From Paragordius varius (Eukaryota > Animalia > Nematomorpha): a DNA stretch of 64,000 bases. The notes beneath the pieces were generated by a model. The model did not search any database, was not told where the DNA came from, and saw only the letters and a list, made by a program, of their open reading frames with translations. How positions within the stretch are numbered: the first letter of the stretch is position 1; each line of letters starts with the position of its first letter. This document shows, piece after piece, positions 1 to 9,737 of the stretch. The position numbers were made by a program, and so were the translations under genes. The stretch covers positions 124,001 through 188,000 of the forward strand of contig OZ176054.1 of NCBI GenBank assembly GCA_964247055.1, written 5' to 3'.

Positions 1-18
1 ATAAATGTAATTTTTATG

Positions 19-42
19 AATTTTTTAAATATTTAAAAAATT
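19..42. repeat. Perfect 24-bp palindrome AATTTTTTAAATATTTAAAAAATT, present in most monomers
   Basis: Bases 19-42 equal their own reverse complement, and the element recurs every ~173 bp. Confidence 0.95.
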
Positions 43-173
43 TATTTTATACGATTTTAAAAATAAAAATGGCTACCTAAAATCCAAATCTGATCAGGTG
101 ATGTCACCATAATTTTTTTTGTGTAGCCCTATGGTAGTTCGATCATCACCCCAAATATTTTCGAGATCGGAGT

Positions 174-346
174 ATAAATGTAATTTTTATGAATTTTTTA
201 AATATTTAAAAAATTTATTTTATACGATTTTAAAAATAAAAATGGCTACCTAAAATCCAAATTTGATCAGGTGATGTCACTATAATTTTTTTTGGGTAGC
301 CCTATGGTAGTTCCATCATCACCCCAAATATTTTCGAGATCGGAGT
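174..346 (+). repeat. Representative near-consensus 173-bp monomer (one variant, tcacc>tcact)
   Basis: Direct reading. The consensus has 45 G+C in 173 bp (26%): 4 in the first 70 bp and 41 in the last 103 bp. It carries two GATC sites, one BclI site (TGATCA), two SspI sites (AATATT) and three CpG. Confidence 0.97.
244..301. repeat. Intra-monomer inverted repeat GGCTACCTAAAA / TTTTGGGTAGCC (12 bp, 1 mismatch)
   Basis: 244-255 pairs with 290-301 except for one T/G mismatch. It encloses the palindromes CAAATTTG and TGATCA and, in consensus monomers, the mini-hairpin GGTGA-TG-TCACC. Confidence 0.9.
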
Positions 347-2109
347 ATAAATGTAATTTTTATGAATTTTTTAAATATTTAAAAAATTTATTTTATACGA
401 TTTTAAAAATAAAAATGGCTACCTAAAATCCAAATTTGATCAGGTGATGTCACTATAATTTTTTTTGGGTAGCCCTATGGTAGTTCCATCATCACCCCAA
501 ATATTTTGGGGATCGGACTATAAATGTAATTTTTATGAATTTTTTAAATATTTAAAAAATTTATTTTATACAATTTTAAAAATAAAAATGGCTACCTAAA
601 ATCCAAATTTGATCAGGTGATGTCACTATAATTTTTTTTGGGTAGCCCTATGGTAGTTCCATCATCACCCCAAATATTTTCGAGATCGGAGTATAAATGT
701 AATTTTTTTGAATTTTTTAAATATTTAAAAAATTTATTTTATACGATTTTAAAAATAAAAATGGCTACCTAAAATCCAAATTTGATCAGGTGATGTCACT
801 ATAATTTTTTTTGGGTAGCCCTATGGTAGTTTCATCATCACCCCAAATATTTTCGAGATCGGATAAATGTAATTTTTATGAATTTTTTAAATATTTAAAA
901 AATTTATTTTATACGATTTTAAAAATAAAAATGGCTACCTAAAATCCAAATTTGATCAGGTGATGTCACCATAATTTTTTTTGGGTAGCCCTATGGTAGT
1001 TCTATCATCACCCCAAATATTTTCGAGATCGGAGTATAAATGTAATTTTTATGAATTTTTTAAATATTTAAAAAATTTATTTTATACGATTTTAAAAATA
1101 AAAATGGCTACCTAAAATCCAAATTTGATCAGGTGATGACGCCATAATTTTTTTTGGGTAGCCCTATGGTAGTTCCATCATCACCCCAAATATTTTCGAG
1201 ATCGGAGTATAAATGTAATTTTTATGAATTTTTTAAATATTTAAAAAATTTATTTTATACGATTTTAAAAATAAAAATGGCTACCTAAAATCCAAATTTG
1301 ATCAGGTGATGTCGCCATAATTTTTTTTTGGTAGCCCTATGGTAGTTCCATCATAACCCCAAATATTTTTGAGATCGGAGTATAAATGTAATTTTTATGA
1401 ATTTTTTAAATATTTAAAAAATTTATTTTATACGATTTTAAAAATAAAAATGGCTACCTAAAATCCAAATTTGATCAGGTGATGTCACCATAATTTTTTT
1501 GGGTAGCCCTATGGTAGTTCCATCATCACCCCAAATATTTTCGAGATCGGAGTATAAATTTAATTTTTATGAATTTTTTAAATATTTAAAAAATTTATTT
1601 TATACGATTTTAAAAATAAAAATGGCTACCTAAAATCCAAATTTGATCAGGTGATGTCACCATAATTTTTTTGGGTAGCCCTATGGTAGTTCCATCATCA
1701 CCCCAAATATTTTCGAGATCGGAGTATAAATTTAATTTTTATGAATTTTTTAAATATTTAAAAAATTTATTTTATACGATTTTAAAAATAAAAATGGCTA
1801 CCTAAAATCCAAATTTTATCAGGTGATGTCGCCATAATTTTTTTTGGGTAGCCCTATGGTAGTTCCATCATCACCCCAAATATTTTGGGGATCGGACTAT
1901 AAATGTAATTTTTATGAAGTTTTTAAATATTTAAAAAATTTATTTTATACGATTTTAAAAATAAAAATGGCTACCTAAAATCCAAATTTGATCAGGTGAT
2001 GTCGCCATAATTTTTTTTGGGTAGCCCTATGGTAGTTCCATCATAACCCCAAATATTTTTGAGATCGGACTTTAAATGTAATTTGTATGAATTTTATAAA
2101 TATTTAAAA

Positions 2110-2790
2110 AATTTATTTTATACGATTTTAAAAATAAAAATGGCTACCTAAAATCCAAATTTGATCAGGTCGCCATAATTTTTTTTGGGTAGCCCTATGG
2201 TAGTTCCATCATAACCCCAAATATTTTTGAGATCGGACTTTAAATGTAATTTTTATGAATTTTTTAAATATTTAAAAAATTTATTTTATACGATTTTAAA
2301 AATAAAAATGGCTACCTAAAATCCAAATTTGATCAGGTGATGTCACCATAATTTTTTTTGGGTAGCCCTATGGTAGTTCCATCATCACCCCAAATATTTT
2401 CGAGATCGGAGTAAAAATGTAATTTTTATGAATTTTTTAATTATTTAAAAAATTTATTTTATACGATTTTAAAAATAAAAATGGCTACCTAAAATCCAAA
2501 TTTGATCAGGTCGCCATAATTTTTTTTGGGTAGCCCTATGGTAGTTCCATCATAACCCCAAATATTTTTGAGATCGGACTTTAAATGTAATTTTTATGAA
2601 TTTTTTAAATATTTAAGAAATTTATTTTATACGATTTTAAAAATAAAAATGGCTACCTAAAATCCAAATTTGATCAGGTGATGTCACCATAATTTTTTTT
2701 GGGTAGCCCTATGGTAGTTCCATCATCACCCCAAATATTTTCGAGATCGGAGTATAAATGTAATTTTTATGAATTTTTTAATTATTTAAA
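2110..2790 (+). repeat. Local 2-monomer (341 bp) tandem duplication
   Basis: The 5-bp deletion allele caggtcgcc occurs at 2166 and 2507 (offset 341 = 346-5). The aattattt variant occurs at ~2440 and ~2780. Boundaries are approximate. Confidence 0.8.
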
Positions 2791-4755
2791 AAATTTATTT
2801 TATACGATTTTAAAAATAAAAATGGCTACCTAAAATCCAAATTTGATCAGGTGATGTCACCATAATTTTTTTTGGGTAGCCCTATGGTAGTTCCATCATC
2901 ACCCCAAATATTTTCGAGATCGGAGTAATAATGTAATTTTTATGAATTTTTTAAATATTTAAAAAATTTATTTTATACGATTTTAAAAATAAAAATGGCT
3001 ACCTAAAATCCAAATTTGATCAGGTGATGTCGCCATAATTTTTTTTGCGTAGCCCTATGGTAGTTCCATCATCACCCCAAATATTGTCGAGATCGGAGTA
3101 TAAATGTAATTTTTTTGAATTTTTTAAATATTTAAAAAATTTATTTTATACGATTTTAAAAATAAAAATGGCTACCTAAAATCCATATTTGATCAGGTGA
3201 TGTCACCATAATTTTTTTTGGGTAGCCCTATGGTAGTTCCATCATCACCCCAAATATTTTCGAGATCGGAGTATAAATGTAATTTTTATGAATTTTTTAA
3301 ATATTTAAAAAATTTATTTTATACGATTTTAAAAATAAAAATGGCTACCTAAAATCCAAATTTGATCAGGTGATGTCACCATAATTTTTTTTGGGTAGCC
3401 CTATGGTAGTTCCATCATCACCCCAAATATTTTGGGGATCGGACTATAAATGTAATTTTTATAAATTTTTAAATATTTAAAAAATTTATTTTATACGATT
3501 TTAAAAATAAAAATGGCTACCTAAAATCCAAATTTGATCAGGTGATGTCACCATAATTTTTTTTGGGTAGCCCTATGGTAGTTCCATCATCACCCCAAAT
3601 ATTTTCGAGATCGGAGTATAAATGTAATTTTTATGAATTTTTAAATATTTAAAAAATTTATTTTATACGATTTTAAAAATAAAAATGGCTACCTAAAATC
3701 CAAATTTGATCAGGTGATGTCACCATAATTTTTTTTGGGTAGCCCTATGGTAGTTCCATCATCACCCCAAATATTTTGGGGATCGGACTATAAATGTAAT
3801 TTTTATAAATTTTTAAATATTTAAAAAATTTATTTTATACGATTTTAAAAATAAAAATGGCTACCTAAAATCCAAATTTGATCAGGTGATGTCACCATAT
3901 TTTTTTTGGGTAGCCCTATGGTAGTTCCATCATCACCCCAAATATTTTGGGGATCGGACTATAAATGTAATTTTTATAAATTTTTAAATATTTAAAAAAT
4001 TTATTTTATACGATTTTAAAAATAAAAATGGCTACCTAAAATCCAAATTTGATCAGGTGATGTCACCATAATTTTTTTTGGGTAGCCCTATGGTAGTTCC
4101 ATCATCACCCCAAATATTTTGGGGATCGGAGTATAAATGTAATTTTTATGAATTTTTTAAATATTAAAAAAATTTATTTTATACGATTTTAAAAATAAAA
4201 ATGGCTACCTAAAATCCAAATTTGATCAGGTGATGTCGCCATAATTTTTTTTGGGTAGCCCTATGGTAGTTCCATCATAACACCAAATATTTTTGAGATC
4301 GGACTTTAAATGTAATTTTTATGAATTTTTTAAATATTTAAAAAATTTATTTTATACGATTTTAAAAATATAAATGGCTACCTAAAATCCAAATTTGATC
4401 AGGTGATGTCACCATAATTTTTTTTGGGTAGCCCTATGGTAGTTCCATCATCACCCCAAATATTTTCGAGATCGGAGTAAAAATGTAATTTTTATGAATT
4501 TTTTAAATATTTAAAAAATTTATTTTATACGATTTTAAAAATAAAAATGGCTACCTAAAATCCAAATTTGATCAGGTGATGTCGCCATAATTTTTTTTGC
4601 GTAGCCCTATGGTAGTTCCATCATCACCCCAAATATTGTGGAGATCGGAGTATAAATGTAATTTTTGAATTTTTTAAATATTTAAAAAATTTATTTTATA
4701 CGATTTTAAAAATAAAAATGGCTACCTAAAATCCAAATTTGATCAGGTGATGTCA

Positions 4756-7700
4756 CCATAATTTTTTTTGGGTAGCCCTATGGTAGTTCCATCATCACCA
4801 CAAATATTTTGGGGATCGGAGTATAAATGTAATTTTTATGAATTTTTTAAATATTTAAAAAATTTATTTTATACGATTTTAAAAATAAAAATGGCTACCT
4901 AAAATCCAAATTTGATCAGGTGATGTCACCATAATTTTTTTTGGGTAGCCCTATGGTAGTTCCATCATCACTATAAATATTTTCGAGATCGGAGTATAAA
5001 TGTAATTTTTATGAATTTTTTAAATATTCAAAAAATTTATTTTATACGATTTTAAAAATAAAAATGGCTACCTAAAATCCAAATTTGATCAGGTGATGTC
5101 ACCATATTTTTTTTGGGTAGCCCTATGGTAGTTCCATCTTCACCCCAAATATTTTGGGGATCGGACTATAAATGTAATTTTTATGAATTTTTTAAATATT
5201 TAAAAAATTTATTTTATACGATTTTAAAAATAAAAATGGCTACCTAAAATCCAAATTTGATCAGGTGATGACGCCATAATTTTTTTTGGGTAGCCCTATG
5301 GTAGTTCCATCATCACCCCAAATATTTTCGAGATCGGAGTATAAATGTAATTTTTATGAATTTTTTAAATATTTAAAAAATTTATTTTATACGATTTTAA
5401 AAATAAAAATGGCTACCTAAAATCCAAATTTGATCAGGTGATGTCGCCATAATTTTTTTTGGGTAGCCCTATGGTAGTTCCTTCATCACCCCAAATATTT
5501 TCGAGATCGGAGTATAAATGTAATTTTTATGAATTTTTTAAATATTTAAAAAATTTATTTTATACGTTTTTAAAAATAAAAATGGTACCTAAAATCCAAA
5601 TTTGATCAGGTGATGTCACCATAATTTTTTTTGGTAGCCCTATGGTAGTTCCATCATCACCCCAAATATTGTCGAGATCGGAGTATAAATGTAATTTTTT
5701 TGAATTTTTTAAATATTTAAAAAATTTATTTTATACGATTTTAAAAATAAAAATGGCTACCTAAAATCCAAATTTGATCAGGTGCACCATAATTTTTTTT
5801 GGGTAGCCCTATGGTAGTTCCATCATCACCCCAAATATTTTCGAGATCGGAGTATAAATGTAATTTTTATGAATTTTTTAAATATTTAAAAAATTTATTT
5901 TATACGATTTTAAAAATAAAAATGGCTACCTAAAATCCAAATTTGATCAGGTGATGTCACCATAATTTTTTTTGGGTAGCCCTATGGTAGTTCCATCATC
6001 ACCATAAATATTTTCGAGATCGGAGTATAAATGTAATTTTTATGAATTTTTTAAATATTTAAAAAATTTATTTTATACGATTTTAAAAATAAAAATGGCT
6101 ACCTAAAATCCAAATTTGATCAGGTGATGTCACCATATTTTTTTTTGGGTAGCCCTATGGTAGTTCCATCATCACCCCAAATATTTTGGGGATCGGACTA
6201 TAAATGTAATTTTTATGAATTTTTTAAATATTTAAAAAATTTATTTTATACGATTTTAAAAATAAAAATGGCTACCTAAAATCCAAATTTGATCAGGTGA
6301 TGTCGCCATAATTTTTTTTGGGTAGCCCTATGGTAGTTCCATCATCACCACAAATATTTTGGGGATCGGAGTATAAATGTAATTTTTATGAATTTTTTAA
6401 ATATTTAAAAAATTTATTTTATACGATTTTAAAAATAAAAATGGCTACCTAAAATCCAAATTTGATCAGGTGATGTCACCATAATTTTTTTTGGGTAGCC
6501 CTATGGTAGTTCCATCATCACTATAAATATTTTCGAGATCGGAGTATAAATGTAATTTTTATGAATTTTTTAAATATTCAAAAAATTTATTTTATACGAT
6601 TTTAAAAATAAAAATGGCTACCTAAAATCCAAATTTGATCAGGTGATGTCACCATATTTTTTTTGGGTAGCCCTATGGTAGTTCCATCTTCACCCCAAAT
6701 ATTTTGGGGATCGGACTATAAATGTAATTTTTATGAATTTTTTAAATATTTAAAAAATTTATTTTATACGATTTTAAAAATAAAAATGGCTACCTAAAAT
6801 CCAAATTTGATCAGGTGATGACGCCATAATTTTTTTTGGGTAGCCCTATGGTAGTTCCATCATCACCCCAAATATTTTCGAGATCGGAGTATAAATGTAA
6901 TTTTTATGAATTTTTTAAATATTTAAAAAATTTATTTTATACGATTTTAAAAATAAAAATGGCTACCTAAAATCCAAATTTGATCAGGTGATGTCGCCAT
7001 AATTTTTTTTGGGTAGCCCTATGGTAGTTCCTTCATCACCCCAAATATTTTCGAGATCGGAGTATAAATGTAATTTTTATGAATTTTTTAAATATTTAAA
7101 AAATTTATTTTATACGTTTTTAAAAATAAAAATGGTACCTAAAATCCAAATTTGATCAGGTGATGTCACCATAATTTTTTTTGGTAGCCCTATGGTAGTT
7201 CCATCATCACCCCAAATATTGTCGAGATCGGAGTATAAATGTAATTTTTTTGAATTTTTTAAATATTTAAAAAATTTATTTTATACGATTTTAAAAATAA
7301 AAATGGCTACCTAAAATCCAAATTTGATCAGGTGCACCATAATTTTTTTTGGGTAGCCCTATGGTAGTTCCATCATCACCCCAAATATTTTCGAGATCGG
7401 AGTATAAATGTAATTTTTATGAATTTTTTAAATATTTAAAAAATTTATTTTATACGATTTTAAAAATAAAAATGGCTACCTAAAATCCAAATTTGATCAG
7501 GTGATGTCACCATAATTTTTTTTGGGTAGCCCTATGGTAGTTCCATCATCACCATAAATATTTTCGAGATCGGAGTATAAATGTAATTTTTATGAATTTT
7601 TTAAATATTTAAAAAATTTATTTTATACGATTTTAAAAATAAAAATGGCTACCTAAAATCCAAATTTGATCAGGTGATGTCACCATATTTTTTTTTGGGT

Positions 7701-7852
7701 AGCCCTATGGTAGTTCCATCATCACCCCAAATATTTTGGGGATCGGACTATAAATGTAATTTTTATGAATTTTTTAAATATTTAAAAAATTTATTTTATA
7801 CGATTTTAAAAATAAAAATGGCTACCTAAAATCCAAATTTGATCAGGTGATG
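4756..7852 (+). repeat. 9-monomer (1550 bp) tandem duplication
   Basis: Rare markers recur at exactly +1550: atcatcacca 4791/6341, ctataaatat 4971/6521, taaatattca 5021/6571, tatacgtttt 5561/7111, ggtgcacc 5781/7331. The copies diverge at 4755/6305 and 6303/7853. Confidence 0.93.
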
Positions 7853-9737
7853 ACGCCATAATTTTTTTTGGGTAGCCCTATGGTAGTTCCATCATCACCC
7901 CAAATATTTTCGAGATCGGAGTATAAATGTAATTTTTATGAATTTTTTAAATATTTAAAAAATTTATTTTATACGATTTTAAAAATAAAAATGGCTACCT
8001 AAAATCCAAATTTGATCAGGTGATGTCACCATAATTTTTTTTGGGTAGCCCTATGGTAGTTCCATCATCACCCCAAATATTTTCGAGATCGGAGTATAAA
8101 TGTAATTTTTATGAATTTTTAAATATTTAAAAAATTTATTTTATACGATTTTAAAAATAAAAATGGCTACCTAAAACCCAAATTTGATCAGGTGATGTCA
8201 CCATAATTTTTTTGGGTAGCCCTATGGTAGTTCCATCATCACCCCAAATATTTTCGAGATCGGAGTATAAATGTAATTTTTATGAATTTTTTAATTTAAA
8301 AAATTTATTTTATACGATTTTAAAAATAAAAATGGCTACCTAAAATCCAAATCTGATCAGGTGATGTCACCATAATTTTTTTTGGGTAGCCCTATGGTAG
8401 TTCCATCATCACCCCAAATATTGTCGAGATCGGAGTATAAATGTAATTTTTTTGAATTTTTTAAATATTTAAAAAATTTATTTTATACGATTTTAAAAAT
8501 AAAAATGGCTACCTAAAATCCAAATTTGATCAGGTGCACCATAATTTTTTTTGGGTAGCCCTATGGTAGTTCCATCATCACCCCAAATATTTTCGAGATC
8601 GGAGTATAAATGTAATTTTTATGAATTTTTTAAATATTTAAAAAATTTATTTTATACGATTTTAAAAATAAAAATGGCTACCTAAAATCCAAATTTGATC
8701 AGGTGATGTCACCATAATTTTTTTTGGGTAGCCCTATGGTAGTTCCATCATCACCATAAATATTTTCGAGATCGGAGTATAAATGTAATTTTTATGAATT
8801 TTTTAAATATTTAAAAAATTTATTTTATACGATTTTAAAAATAAAAATGGCTACCTAAAATCCAAATTTGATCAGGTGATGTCACCATATTTTTTTTTGG
8901 GTAGCCCTATGGTAGTTCCATCATCACCCCAAATATTTTGGGGATCGGACTATAAATGTAATTTTTATGAATTTTTTAAATATTTAAAAAATTTATTTTA
9001 TACGATTTTAAAAATAAAAATGGCTACCTAAAATCCAAATTTGATCAGGTGATGACGCCATAATTTTTTTTGGGTAGCCCTATGGTAGTTCCATCATCAC
9101 CCCAAATATTTTCGAGATCGGAGTATAAATGTAATTTTTATGAATTTTTTAAATATTTAAAAAATTTATTTTATACGATTTTAAAAATAAAAATGGCTAC
9201 CTAAAATCCAAATTTGATCAGGTGATGTCACCATAATTTTTTTTGGGTAGCCCTATGGTAGTTCCATCATCACCCCAAATATTTTCGAGATCGGAGTATA
9301 AATGTAATTTTTATGAATTTTTAAATATTTAAAAAATTTATTTTATACGATTTTAAAAATAAAAATGGCTACCTAAAACCCAAATTTGATCAGGTGATGT
9401 CACCATAATTTTTTTGGGTAGCCCTATGGTAGTTCCATCATCACCCCAAATATTTTCGAGATCGGAGTATAAATGTAATTTTTATGAATTTTTTAATTTA
9501 AAAAATTTATTTTATACGATTTTAAAAATAAAAATGGCTACCTAAAATCCAAATCTGATCAGGTGATGTCACCATAATTTTTTTTGGGTAGCCCTATGGT
9601 AGTTCCATCATCACCCCAAATATTGTCGAGATCGGAGTATAAATGTAATTTTTTTGAATTTTTTAAATATTTAAAAAATTTATTTTATACGATTTTAAAA
9701 ATAAAAATGGCTACCTAAAATCCAAATTTGATCAGGT
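7185..9737 (+). repeat. 7-monomer (1202 bp) tandem duplication
   Basis: Markers recur at +1202: ggtgcacc 7331/8533, ctaaaaccca 8171/9373, 3-bp palindrome-centre deletion 8291/9493. Confidence 0.9.

Noticed and set aside
69-80. ATG in each monomer as a possible ORF
   Set aside because: It reads ATG GCT ACC TAA (M-A-T-stop). Both strands are dense in stop codons and 173 is not a multiple of 3, so there is no credible CDS.
111-120. T7/T8/T9 and A5/A6/A7 homopolymer length variants as meaningful alleles
   Set aside because: They are prone to slippage and sequencing error. I used them only where they co-segregate with other markers.
159-173. CENP-B box-like TTCG...CGG
   Set aside because: The CENP-B box needs TTCG-n4-A-n2-CGGG. 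Here the sequence is TTCG-AGAT-CGGA, so the spacing and core are wrong.
466-520. G-quadruplex or i-motif in GGGG monomers
   Set aside because: There are not four closely spaced tracts of three or more G (or C) on one strand.
481-525. Helitron 3' end (hairpin followed by CTRR)
   Set aside because: The hairpin is followed by CTAT or CTTT rather than CTRR, and no other Helitron hallmark is present. It is kept only as a weak origin hypothesis.
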